A stretch of 62,087 nucleotides of DNA, filler included, from Sluysia triapertura (Eukaryota): the NCBI GenBank assembly GCA_046118255.1. It is 5 parts of 5 records of this genome, joined end to end, with 100 filler letters (N's around TTAATTAATTAA, not from the genome) between each part and the next. Parts side by side here need not be neighbours in the genome. Positions count along the whole stretch, not along the records: positions 23,989 to 38,029 come from JBJNIA010008103.1; positions 38,130 to 50,923 come from JBJNIA010081591.1; 3 more parts are not named here. The stretch is one strand, 5' to 3'. The notes under the pieces are model-generated. The model ran no database searches. It was not told where the DNA came from and saw only the letters and a program-made list of their open reading frames with translations. A program made the position numbers and the translations under genes. Position 1 is the stretch's first letter, and every line of letters begins with the position of its first letter. Positions 27,901 through 40,622 of this stretch are shown here, piece by piece.

Positions 27901-29563
27901 TGTTTTTATAGAAATTTCATTGTTGGTTAAATTTTAGACTTTAAAATATTGAGATTTAATATATTAGGTTATTTAGCTGTTATGTTTGATGTTTTATGTA
28001 GTAAAAATATTTGGATAAATGAGTTGAATAACCACAACCTACGCTGAATTTTTCACAACCTGTCGTACATTTCGAATTCTATTTCATATTGTTTTACTAT
28101 ATTTCAAACACAATTTCTCGAATATTAGTTACGATGTAATTTAACTTAAGTACTTCAGTAGTAGATAGAAAGTAGAATTTTTAATTAATAAGTCCTGCAT
28201 TTTCTCAACTATTAATGATTGATCAACAAAAAGAGTTCACTCTTTTACTTTGCTTAATATTAATAATAATGCCGTAAATAATAATACTGTAAATAAATAT
28301 TCCACTATTGAGATTGATTCATTGGCCTTTGAAAATCTAAGTTGACACAATTCAAAAGAGCAGTTGAAGTAGTTTTTGATTTGTTTTGTGTAAAAAGTCC
28401 AAAGAATTACATTATACATGTTTAATTTAATAATTCATACATGTAAAAATATGTACCGATATATGAAGTATGTGAAAACCTTTCTCTTTTATTAGACTTT
28501 GACCAATAGCGTATTCTATAATAGATTCTCTGCGGCCAATTTTTTCTTTATAGTTAATTATGTTCTAATGGTCATTTATTTCATTATTTTGTACTGTATT
28601 ATTAAGAATATTATTATACTGTATTATTATTCTTAATGGTCAATATTTAACTGTAGAACATAATTTTCATAAGTACATACATTACATACATATTACTATT
28701 ATCGTGTTTCCACGAAAATAAGACAGGGCTTATATTAATATGACACTAGAGCTTATTTTTGGGGATGTTCTATTTTCATCAATCGAAAAACAAAGTTACA
28801 AAGATAAAGAGAATCATGAAATTTCTAAATATTCAAAGAACATGAAAACCGATCTATATTTATTAATAAATAACACATTTTATGTTTAAAAACACCACTA
28901 ACTATAAATCATTCAAAAATAACGATATAGCCGTCCACAGGAATGTCTTGTAAGTCACACTGGATTCCAAAGTTTCTGCAGTCTTCATTTAACTGAATTT
29001 CATTATTTAAAGTCATTCTCGTGTATATCGTGCAGCAGAAGAGACGTGCTTTGATAATTGCTAATAAAATATTACTTGGAGGATTGCCTGAAAGTGAATC
29101 ACAATCAGAATCTTGTTATAGTGTCGATCACACTCAGAAAGTGAACCAGAATACTTGGGCAATGAAAGTATCTCAGAATGTATTGTAATTTAAAGCTAAT
29201 TGTGTTTTAAAAACGGAAGTATATTCTAAAGAATGCATATAACTCCGTCTCAAGCCATTCATTGACTTTTATTAAGTATCCTAATCGGGTATCAACCAAG
29301 ACTTATTTTAGGGATAGGTCTTAAATTAAAATCACCTGAAACATCACGCTAGATCTTATTTTCGGAGATACACGGTATCACTACTAATTCTGTTATATGT
29401 TATCTTATTATTATTATTATTGTCATTAGTGATGCAGCTGGCGTGGCGTGAAAGGAACCCATCAGAACGTATCAAGAAGGCAAAACAAGCACTATCCAAA
29501 AATCCGGAATGTACCACAGCTATGATCTTATTGGCAGAAGAAGATTGTGTAGATATACTTGAG
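24943..29563 (+). CDS. ST7: Suppressor of tumorigenicity 7 protein homolog, three internal exons (5' and 3' exons not located)
   Basis: Exons 24943-25090 ([28 protein letters not shown]), 26073-26243 ([19 protein letters not shown]...[17 protein letters not shown]) and 29430-29563 ([11 protein letters not shown]...[12 protein letters not shown]). Phases are compatible and motifs match ST7 family signatures. Confidence 0.92.
25605..26030 (+). mobile_element. Mariner 5' fragment in an ST7 intron
   Basis: TA-TTAGGTT TIR-like start; [32 protein letters not shown] (mariner HTH with WF..F..G...L.D.PRSGRP motif). Confidence 0.85.
26310..26447 (-). mobile_element. tRNA-Ala-cassette element, copy 3 (degenerate)
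   Basis: Reverse complement starts TGTTGAGGTAAAGGCTTAAAGTTCCATTT and contains GAGCATCGAAGCGAGAGGTCCCAAGTTCGATTCC. The other terminus is eroded. Confidence 0.8.
28702..29375. mobile_element. Non-autonomous pogo-type element in an ST7 intron
   Basis: TA-flanked TIRs TCGTGTTTCCACGAAAATAAGA and TCTTATTTTCGGAGATACACGG. Confidence 0.75.
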
Positions 29564-29789
29564 GTTAGTTATGAATTGTTGATATTGTTTGTAGATTACG
29601 ATAATTTGTTTGAATTTTGATTAGTTTTTCGTAATTAGATTATTTTATTTCTGCGGGATTTCTAAAATCTTTTTTCAGTCTAGATAAAGTTGCATAAAGT
29701 CTTAGAATTCATTTCTATGATTATTCTATTTGTATTGTTTAAATTAATTATGGTACTTACGTTATTATCTGTTATATAATCGTTCCAAG

Positions 29790-30175
29790 CAATTGATCAG
29801 TGCAAGCGACTTGTTTTTGCGCATTATTCGACGATAGCATTTCAATTCACTTTCTTTGAGAATTTCGATATGTTGAGATGTCGAGCGATTTCTCGTTGAC
29901 TGAAATGACGCCTGCTCACACAGCCAAATCTTTCACTGTGGCACGTGCTTCGTCCGAAATTTGTTTCTCTGGACCCGTTCCTTTTTGGAGTGTACCATCT
30001 GTTTCAGGACCTTCTCATTTAAAAGTTGTAACAACATAATTAACTTGATGCCTTGTAATCGTTGAAAAAAGTTGGTGACACAGCTAGGCATTTTGTCAGT
30101 TCCCAAGTCGGATTTTCACTTTTGAAAAGAATAATCACTTGCCTTTGAAAGTCTGAAAGCTGTTTCCTTCCATGA
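29790..30175 (-). mobile_element. Tc1-like transposase N-terminal remnant
   Basis: Minus strand GRKQLSDFQRQVIILFKSENP...GPEKQISDEARATVKDL...SQREIARHLNIS...ILKESELKCYRR. Confidence 0.6.
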
Positions 30176-30449
30176 TGTGGGTATCAAATAGAACCTAAAA
30201 CAAATCAAAATGAGTAAGCATGCATTTTATTCATGATCTCACCTGACTCTCACATTATAATGTTCACTGTATTAAAATTATATAAATATAAACAATGTGA
30301 AATTGTTTACACAACTTCTTACTGTGTTAAATAATTTACATCCCGTACCTAAACACACGTGATATTCGGATATAAAATTTATAATTTTGATAAATTTTTT
30401 GTATTGCATTAAGATTCTTTTTTATAACTTTCTTATGATTATTCTAGAT

Positions 30450-30720
30450 CAGTGGTCTTCACACTTTTTGTGCTGCGACTCTCTTTACGAGTTCAAAAAT
30501 AATAAAGTAAATTTTTTAATAAAAAATTAAAATATATTTAATAATAACAATTTTGCAAATTCTGGCATAAAACATCAAATCTTAGTTCTACTTGGGTGAT
30601 GGTTGGTCTCAGTACTAATTCGAGATCTTTAAAACTCGATCGATATTTTGTCTTAATATAAAATGATTTTTCACACAAATAACTCGAGACAAAAGGAAGA
30701 AGAGAAAATATTGTTGGTAA
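30450..30720 (-). mobile_element. hAT (Buster/Charlie) 3' end remnant
   Basis: CAGTGGTCTTCACACTTTTT TIR-like end; minus strand LPFVSSYLCEKSF..IKTKYRS..DLELVLR (hAT dimerisation domain). Confidence 0.75.
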
Positions 30721-32329
30721 GTTCTTATTTTTCTTACAATCAATTATAAATTGATTCGTAACCGAATGGATTTGTATTAAGAACCGTAATAGAATGAATC
30801 TTCGTTAATCCAAAAATCTTCGATGATTTCTTCGAGAATTAACTGAGAACGTTGTATAAGAGTTGATTGATTAATTTTTGTGTTGTTTTTATCAAAATAA
30901 GCTTCTTATTTATAATTTATGGATTTTGAAATAGAGTTTACAGATGGCTTTACATTATTTAAAACTGTTTTAAGAGTGTAGGTGTAATTTTATATCTTGA
31001 ATTAATCAATGGTAACTTATATTAACAAAACTTACGATAAGATAGTTCAAAATTTAAAAAGTCAGTTAATAATAATAATCATAGTCATGGTAATAACCAA
31101 TCATTCCTAAGAATGCGTTAGATGATGTGGAAATCTTACAGAAATATCAATTGCCACAGTTATTTCAGAGTTAATTGACTACTCCACTTTATTTGTTTTT
31201 TATAGATTGAAATAACAATAATCGGACTTGAAAGCAACAATAAATACCTTTTTGTTTCGTGTAAGTGATGTAAACTAATTATCTAGTGTAGTGTGCTGCC
31301 TACCTCAACTCTTAACATACATAACATAAACATCCCCTACACCTCACATTAACATAGTATAATTCAAATAAATGATAATCTCTTAATTCACATAATATCA
31401 TATAATAAATTATACTAATCAATCACATTCAATTCGTCAATATCGTCCCGTACAAATATATTATTTTAGTATAATTTTTATATTCTTTTCTTTTGTTTAT
31501 ATTTCCTTCTAGTATTCGTTTATTGTCTTTAAATATACTCTCATTTTAAAGCAAAATCTTTTGTCAAGTTGCATAGTGCAGCTGTCTTCTCTTCCAGATA
31601 CAACTTTCTTACTGGTGTCTGCCAAACATTTTGAAGGTTTTCATTAGTTAGTTCAAGCAAAGCAATGACATGATAGAAATTTTGAAAATTTGTTTTATAT
31701 AGAATGATCAAATTAGATTTTATTGAAAATAATAAAATAATAATGATAATGTTATCTTTACAATTTTTATTGACTTATTTTATTTTTATTTTTCAAATTA
31801 ATTTAATAGTTAATTAAATTAAAGTTTTATTCGGTTTTGAAATACGTATTATTATTATTATCTTTATTATTACTATTATTGTTTTTTATCGCACAGTATT
31901 GGAGTTAAATATTTAATAAGAGACTTATTTTAAAGCATAAGACCATTTCTATTAAATAAAATCTAATTGCCGTAAAAGCTTATTTTGCGAATTAAGAATA
32001 TATTTAGAATTATCTAATTTTTATTATATCTATATTTATGCGACAAAGTTTCTTTCTAGTAAAATTTGTAGACATGCAATTTTCCTCGATTTGTTATTTT
32101 AAAGGTATGGTAATTCATGTTTTATGTATATATTATTATTATTATTTTTATTATTATTTTTATTTTCATTTTTATTATTATTACTATTAATTTTTAATAT
32201 TATTACTAATTTTATTACTTTGTTATTTTTATTACTATTTTATTTTTATTTTATTAGTACTCAACCGTAACTAAAATTTTTGTTTTAATAACAAAAAAAT
32301 TTCAAATTTAAAAGTTTTTAAAAATTATC

Positions 32330-33941
32330 ATGCCGTTTGTGGCTTCTAAAGCTGAGAAATGTCAAAGATGCGAAAAATCTGTTTATGCTAAGGAAAGAAT
32401 GGAGGCATTTGGATTAGTTTGGCACAGATTATGTTTTAGATGCAAACTGTGTGACATGACTCTAAATTTGCATAATTATGGTCAAGATAAAAGTAAATTT
32501 AAATTTAAATGAAATTAAAATCAAACTAGAACGTGATGTTAAAAATATGATGATAAGTGCAGAAGCACCGATATCACTTGCAAAAGTGCCCGAGTCATTT
32601 ATGAGAGAAACAACATTATGTACGTGGATTCTTACAGAACGTGATGGTAAGATAATTACATACGATTTACCTTGTATCACTTTAGGTGTTATTTTTATTT
32701 CAAAGACTATTTCAATTTCAAAAGAACATGATGGCCAGATCCAGAGAGCATTAAGCAAATCAAGAAGATTAGAACATGAAGCTACATTACGAGAGGACGT
32801 TTTGTGCGCAGGTTACGAAGATTTTGTACCTGAATTTTTAGAGTATCTAGACATTATTTGTTGTTATATCAATATTTTGTATCTTAAAAAGCATTTTAAA
32901 ATTATTATCCTTTTATTGGAAAAAGTTAATATCAATGTTTTGTGTCTTGAAAAAGATTTTGAAATCATGATACTGATATTGCAAAAAGCTAAAAATTCCA
33001 AAGTTAAAGTAATATGTTATGCAGGATTATGGAGTTGTTTGAAATTTTGTGAATCATTCGATATAGGCCAAGATGTTTATGAAATGTCAATTGATAAAGA
33101 TAATTATGATGATAGTTATATACATAAAACAGTTATAATCGATATTTCGTCTAAACCTTATTTCAAAGATTATAACTCACCTAAATCGAATGATTTTCAA
33201 ATTAGTTTTAAAGATTACTATAAAGTTGTAGAATACGATAGTTTAAACGTTAAGGCACCTTTTACATTCTATGTAGACCAAGGTGTTTATGAAATGTTAA
33301 TTGATAAAGATAACTATGATGGTAATTATGTACATAAACCAGTTATAATCGATATTTTGTCAAAACTGTATTTCAAAGATTATAACTCACCTAAATCGAA
33401 TGATTTTCAAATTAGTTTTAAAGATTACAATAAAGTTATACAATACGATAGTTTAAACGTTAAGGCATTTTTTAGACGAGCTCTATTTAAGGAAAGCCTT
33501 TCAATGCCTGATAGAGCTATTGATGATTTTAGAATTGTGTTAATACAGAAACCCGAGGATATAACTGCGAGGTTGATGCTGGAAGAACTAAATCAGCGAT
33601 GTGTTTTTAAATCAATATTCGGTCATGATTCGTTAGACTATACATTTTTATTATTTATTCTTAGCTATTCCGAATCTCTTCATTTTCTCGAATTATCTAT
33701 AATTAACAAACTATTAATGAATTATATAATACATGATCCTGTACATATAATTTTTTACATTCGTGTTAGATTTTTAATCGAATATATTAATTGTAATTGT
33801 TATTTGAAATTTATTTTGTTCAGTAAAAGTAATTTTAGCAATAATGATTTTTCAAAAGACCTTAAGTCTTATTTTCTATTAAAGTTAACTTTAAATTTAA
33901 GTATGAAATTAATTTTCGCCTTAACCCGGCCATTTCAATAA
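32330..33941 (+). CDS. Chimeric 524-aa protein: truncated LIM, unknown region, duplicated 70-aa unit, TPR-like helix pair, F-box-like motif
   Basis: Exon 32330-32492 (CQRCEKSVYAKER...WHRLCFRCKLC), a 37-nt GT-AG intron at 32493-32529, and exon 32530-33941 join in frame. NVKAFFRRALFKESL..DRAIDDFRIVL..P is TPR-like; SLDYTFLLFILSYSESLHFLELSIINKLL is F-box-like. Confidence 0.65.
33056..33467 (+). repeat. In-frame tandem duplication, period 210 bp
   Basis: 33056-33257 and 33266-33467 are near-identical (QxVYEMxIDKDNYD...YDSLNVKA twice). Confidence 0.95.
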
Positions 33942-36900
33942 ATACATTTGACGATTGAAATTTTTATTCCAATATAAATTTGATGTTACTTTTTTTAAGT
34001 ATATAATTAAACTGATATTATTGACTTTTGTGTTTAAATTAATAAATAGATCATAACGTTCTTTATGTATTTTTAAAATTTGTATATTGGTAAACATTTA
34101 AACATTTTGATAATATCTGGAAAATAAAATAATACTTAAAATTAATATTCTGCATCCTTAGAATCATAATAATACTCCATTTATTCTTTAAATTATAAAA
34201 GATTAAGAAAACTCAATTACTGTAAGCATCTAGAATTAAAAAATACGTAGAATTAATAATAAATATAAAATAAACATCCAATCTTATTTTTCTTAAGCTG
34301 CAAATCTATGTGCTGACCTTTCAGTGAGTAAGTCCAGTATCATAGGGAACTTACGTTAAGGATAAGGCATTTAATCCAAATTAATCCAAAATCCCTAATC
34401 TCACAACTAAATTCCAAATATGAAAGGTAATATAACTGATATAACTTGTCATTCAGAGAAAATCGAATTGATATATCGCAAGAAACTTTAATTCTATAAA
34501 ATCAAATCGCAAAGATGTATAGTTCATTCGGGAGTTAATAGTGTGCATAAACCACACTGCATCAGGATGCAGTGATACACGTCAGGACTTCATAATTTTC
34601 CTAGATCAAGTAAAAGTGACATTTCATTTTTCTTGGATTACAACGGAAATCCTTGTGGAATTCTACCACAAAACTTGTGACGTCTCTGTCGACAACTAAA
34701 TTTAACGGGCTTCTATCCTTGTTATAAGTCCTATTGGTAAAAAAAGGTTAAAATCAATCAATACCCAACCATCAAAACAATAGGGCGTACTAACAAAAAC
34801 TGTAACTATATTATCAATATCGGATAATAGGCACACACAAGGTACATATCGTCAACTTCAAAGCATTGATTTTTTCTAAACATTCAAATGAATCTGCTAT
34901 TATATTAAATTTCTTCTGTAATCCAAATGTTACGTATTGGGGTGCAGATTCCACCACAAATATCTATCAATTCACATTCTTATTTTATTCTCAATATCTA
35001 AATATGTTAGATTTATATCCAGGTCATATTGGATATGAATAAGATTAAAGAGCAAGAATTTAAAAGCGAGAAGTAAAGAATTAAATAAAGAAATTGAATA
35101 TTAACAATACTACTATAAAAGATTTAATTAAACGAGGCCAACGAAATCTAAGATATGAAGTTTATCGAAAAGTAAAACAACTTCATCTTCATAACATCTA
35201 ATGGTACTTAAAACACATATTTATAAATATGTTATATTTATGCAGAGATATAAGAAAGATAAAAGAAATTAAAGAAAAAAAGATAATTTAATTAATTAAC
35301 TTAAAATAATTTATAATAATTATTATAAATCAAATGGTTGATGCACTTTTTAGCGACCGTGTTACAATCATTACTATATCATCAATTACATCAGTTTCAT
35401 CGATTTTATCGAATCAAGCAATTATTTTTGTAATACTTCTAAAATACTTTTAATACTACTTTTAAAAATACCTTTAATACTTTTAATCAAAAAATTGTAA
35501 ATAGATATATTTTAATCGAAAATTCTAAAGTGTGAATCGAATTGAAATGAACACATCGAATATTTGATTTAAATCTTTGGTTAGAGTTAGTAAAATAAAT
35601 GAAATAAAAATAGTAAGCCAATGTCGATTGTAGAATGTTGAATTAACGAGCCACAAAAATGTGCAAATACTTAAAAATGAATATTATGTTTAAATCATTA
35701 TGAATGTTTGAATTAAATTAAATTGAATATTAAAATTTAAATAATGAGAGTAATAGTGAGCCACGTTTATAATTAAAATATTATAATGTTATGAATGTTT
35801 AAATTAACGAAATTATTGTTGAGCTATTAACGAAATTATAAATAACAGTGTAAAACATGAATTTGTAAAAATTGATTATTTATAATCTATAATTTATACT
35901 GATTATAATTTTTTGATTGGATGTATTGAAAATGTAATTAATAATTGATAAATATAAATTTTTAGTAGTAATAAATTATACCGTTTTTGTTGTTTGATAA
36001 ATGTAATAATTGATATATTAATTAATCTGATATATTAAGTCATTTGTATGGATGTATTGAATAACGAATGTGATTGAATGTTGGAAATTAATCTAATGTA
36101 ATAATAAACATGTAGTTTAATAATTTTACACATAATTACCTAATATTATTGTCTTGAGCGTTATATAATTTACATGAAAAATAAACTTAAATATATTAAC
36201 AATTTCAATTATTACTCTTTTAAGTTTAAAACGTTTATTAATTTGTAATCAAACTTCAAAATCACTTTAAAAAGCGTTGAACATGGACGTAAGGTTTGGT
36301 GTTCCAGCCGTATGTTTACATGAAATCCACTCTCTAATATTTCCTACATTTCACAACCTCATCCCGTATGACGCAAAACATAAAAACCAAAACGAAATCA
36401 TTAAGACATAAACTATTAATTGATTGCATTTGTATCATAATCAGTTTTGTCGATATCTCCTCCCTCATCCGTTTTAGCATCACTTATTACATTATATCCT
36501 CTTTTTCTAAATTATGTACATTATTTATAGTTTTTCGGAATTAATTGTCACTAATTGCGTAAATAATTATTTATCCATACAATTTCATATGAAGTTAGAA
36601 GCTCCAAGACTAATGCCAGTTAAAATATATTATAAATCACCCTTATACGAAAAATTAGTGGAGATGATAGAGATTCAGTCATTTGGAGTAGTGGGCTGCA
36701 ATTACGTCTGTAATGATGTTTCAATTAAATGCTTAATTTGCTAGCATTACAAATGTATCGATATTGTTATGGTAGTGCCTGGACTATCGCATGGTGATTT
36801 AATTATAGAAGAAAATAAACAAATAATTTTGTTCGAAGCAACCAAGAATAAATATTATATAAATAAATGGAAATTCTGAAACATAATTTGGACAAAATAA

Positions 36901-37123
36901 CTCGTGATGTTAAAATTACTCGAAATTTCACTTGTGTGAATTTGATATTTTAGCTGATTTAAAGAAGTTTAGCGATGAAAACATTAATAACACGGAAATA
37001 AATGTTCGATTAAAGCTCAAAAGATGTCTTCCGATGAGCGTAGTTTATATGTGGAACCCGAATTTGTAAATAATCCTGAAGATTTTACATTTACTCCTGG
37101 AGTGCGTAATCGTATAATTCATA

Positions 37124-38029
37124 CAGTATCTCAATGCAAGCGATGCTTTGGATAAAATTAGATATAAAAGTTTAACTGATCCATCATTGCTAGATTCAGC
37201 TAAAGAATTACATATAAAATTGATTCCGAACAAGGATGCTGGTACTTTAACAATAATTGATACTGGTATTGGAATGACAAAAGCTAAATTGATAAGTAAT
37301 TTGGGTGCTACGCACGATCCGTACAAAAACGTTTATGGAAGCTTTACAAGCTGATGCTGATATTTCTATGATTTGTCAATTTGGTGTTGGTTTTTATTCA
37401 GCTTATTTAGTGGCTGATCGTGTGCTAGTGGTATCTAAAAGTAATGATGATGAACAGAACATTTGGGAATTTAGTACTGGTGGTTCGTTTACTGTTCGTA
37501 TTGAAGATGGTGGACCACTAGGTCGTGGTACAAAGATTATATTTTATATGAAAGAGGATCAAATATAATACATTGAAGATCGTAAAATAAGGCACTTGCA
37601 ATTTATCGGTTATTTTATTAAATTGTATGTTGAAAAAGAACATTATGATGAAGAAGATGATGAAGAAAAATTGAATGATACTAAACCAATAAGGACTTGT
37701 AATACAGGTGATATTAGTCAAGAAGAATATGTTGAATTTTATAAGTTATTGACTAATGATTGGGAAGATCATTTGGCTGTAAAGCACTTTAGTGTTGAAA
37801 GGCATTTGGAGTTCTGAGCTTTGTTTTTCTGCCCAAATGTGCACCGTTTGAGAATCGCAAAAAACGTTATAATATAAAATTGTGTAAGGAGAGTATGATG
37901 TATAATTGTGAAGATTTGATTCCAGAGTATTTTAACTTTATGAAAGGTGTTATTGATAGTGAAGATTTGCCATTGAATATCAGTCGTGAAATGTTACAGC
38001 AAAATAAAATATTGAAAGTAATTCGTGAG
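37124..38029 (+). pseudogene. HSP90: HSP90 pseudogene, truncated by contig end
   Basis: [76 protein letters not shown]. Several frameshifts, TAA/TGA stops and deletions; no introns seen. Confidence 0.95.
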
Positions 38030-38129
38030 NNNNNNNNNNNNNNNNNNNNNNNNNNNNNNNNNNNNNNNNNNNNTTAATTAATTAANNNNNNNNNNNNNNN
38101 NNNNNNNNNNNNNNNNNNNNNNNNNNNNN
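38030..38129. other. Artificial contig-joining linker
   Basis: N44-TTAATTAATTAA-N44. Confidence 0.95.
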
Positions 38130-38739
38130 ATATCTATTGTTTTGTTTAATTTTGTGATGTTATTTATTTAAGGTGTACATTTATTTAAACAAAAAATGTC
38201 AATAATTTAATCTCTATTCCATTAAATCATACAGTAACTAATTTATACATTTTTAAATTCAGTGATTACTTGAAATAGTTTTTATCCTTTATTTTATTAT
38301 TTAATTGCAATCAAATAAATGTTAATTATAGCAATAAATATTTAAAACTCGCTTATTATATTTGTATAACTAAATTACTTGAATCAATATATGAAAAGGT
38401 CAACACTTAATTTATTAATAGCTATTAGATCATGATTAAACTATAATTCAGTATTGATTTTCCGCTGATATTTATTTCAATCTCAATGTCGAATGATAAG
38501 AATCGGGGAGAGTTTATTTCCACTTCTATCTAGAGTTTAGATTTTATTAAGATAACACGCAAGATTTAAAGTCAAAATTTTCGTATTAAACAAAATCACA
38601 AAACAATAGTAGATAAATCTATCAATTAGATAATAAAATTCATTAACATAATAATAACACATAAAATACCATACAGATTTTCAGTAGAAGTCAAATTCTA
38701 TATTTACAGTATTATTCTTAGGATAATACTTACTCCTAT

Positions 38740-39068
38740 ATCAGAATGAGCTCTCTTCGTTGATCAATTGTGAGTCTTTCTAATAATCGTTCGGAAGTAT
38801 CGGATGAATCTACTTTATTTCCAACTAAAATAATATCGGTACGCGATAACATTGTTTAATTTGCAAAATATGTTTTTGTATAATGGATCCATCGGCATTC
38901 TTTATGCACAAATCTAAACGTATCTCTACATTCTTTTCATTTCTGTTTGATACACAAATCTTAAATAGGCGAGTCGAAATAATCTAAAATTCACCTCCAT
39001 GAAGTTTTTCCGACTCCTTTACCAAACATCACAATTTTGTAGCTATCATCAATTTCATGCAATGCCAT
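38740..39068 (-). pseudogene. Ras-family small GTPase pseudogene
   Basis: MALHEIDDSYKIVMFGKGVGKTS (eroded P-loop), LCIKNADG, ILQIKQCYRVP, ILVGNKVD (NKxD). Contains stops and frameshifts. Confidence 0.7.
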
Positions 39069-39970
39069 AAAAAATTATGGTTTTTTCAATCTAAACTTAC
39101 TTTGTCTTCATCACATGAAACGCTAAACTGAACTGTTTGTCGCATACAAACAATTCATCCATTCTGAATTACCTTTTCAGTAGGTAGAGGACAAAAGCAG
39201 ACTCAATTCAAAATTAGGTAATGTTTACATTGATTAAGCAATTTGCATGATATCGATTTTAATTTTTAATTTTAATAATAATAATAATTATTATTATTTT
39301 TAAAGAATTCTTTTCATTCTATACATGATCATCAGCATAAATATAATATAATCTGGGCCTGAAATATGAAACGAGGATGGAGTTTGTTTACTATAAAGTG
39401 GTTTAATGAATAATGCGAGTTAATTGATTATAAAGTTGCAAGATGCATGATGTATAAAGATCTGAGAATGCGTGATTATGATTACAAGTTTGTGAGTTGA
39501 AAGATATACTATTGGGTCTTATTGAGTTTAGTATTTGGATTTTAGGTATCATATTTGTATCTGTTTATGAATTTGATGAATTTATGATTTATTTTGTGAA
39601 ATGGAATTAAGAGTTGTGATTTATGAGGAAGTAAACACTGGAAGTTTATTTATGTGTAATTTTGTAAATTCTGGAGTGTTTGAGTGATTTATTTATTATA
39701 AAGCCATCATATAATTTTTCAAAAAATACAATTATTTTCATAACTAAATATGCATACACAATTAAGAAATTTTTTGTGATTCTTAACTGATATTCTATTA
39801 TTTAATGTAATTTACAGATAATCATTAGTTTTTTTATTTTAAAATACCTTTTTTAAAGTGAAGTCCTATTTATTATATTTAACTGTTGATACTTAACTAT
39901 TTTTCTTTTGTTTTGTTTGCACATTATATTAAAATCTATATTGATAAAAATACTAGTTATTGAGTCGATA

Positions 39971-40180
39971 NNNNNNNNNNNNNNNNNNNNNNNNNNNNNN
40001 NNNNNNNNNNNNNNNNNNNNNNNNNNNNNNNNNNNNNNNNNNNNNNNNNNNNNNNNNNNNNNNNNNNNNNNNNNNNNNNNNNNNNNNNNNNNNNNNNNNN
40101 NNNNNNNNNNNNNNNNNNNNNNNNNNNNNNNNNNNNNNNNNNNNNNNNNNNNNNNNNNNNNNNNNNNNNNNNNNNNNNNN
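39971..40180. other. Assembly gap (210 N)
   Basis: N run without linker. Confidence 0.95.
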
Positions 40181-40469
40181 ATTTAATTATTTTCAGTCTT
40201 CAATATTTGTTCATGCTTGATATCAGTAAGCATTTCTATTCGCTAAGTTCCTCTCCCTTTTTTTCTATTTTATTTTTATTAATATTTTTATTAACTTTTT
40301 CTGTGCATTTTTTCTGTTTTCATTTTAATATTTATTTTAAAACTATCGACGTATTCTTCTAAAATTAGTAATATTTTTATATTTATTTTATGCATATAAC
40401 TTTTATTTTAATATTATTAAGATGTTTTTGAAATCTGTTTTAATTTAATTTAATTTTATTATATTACAG

Positions 40470-40622
40470 AATTATGTAACATTGTTTATGACTCGAATAA
40501 ATGAATTTGGCATTTTGCAGTACTGTTTCAAATTAGGCTTTGTTATGTCTGCGTACGGAACTATTCTTGGTAACACTTTCATGGAAGGCTTCTATTTTCT
40601 GTTTGACAGAAGAAAAGATGTT
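40470..40622 (+). CDS. Internal exon of a BACE-like A1 aspartic protease (C-terminal lobe)
   Basis: AG/GT-bounded 153-nt phase-0 exon: YCFKLGFVMSAYGTILGNTFMEGFYFLFDRRK, compared with BACE [29 protein letters not shown]. Confidence 0.75.

Noticed and set aside
37560-37820. Stop-codon reassignment suggested by in-frame TAA/TGA in HSP90 and RUN
   Set aside because: They co-occur with frameshifts and deletions, and intact RTF1, ST7 and SCAI exons have no in-frame stops.
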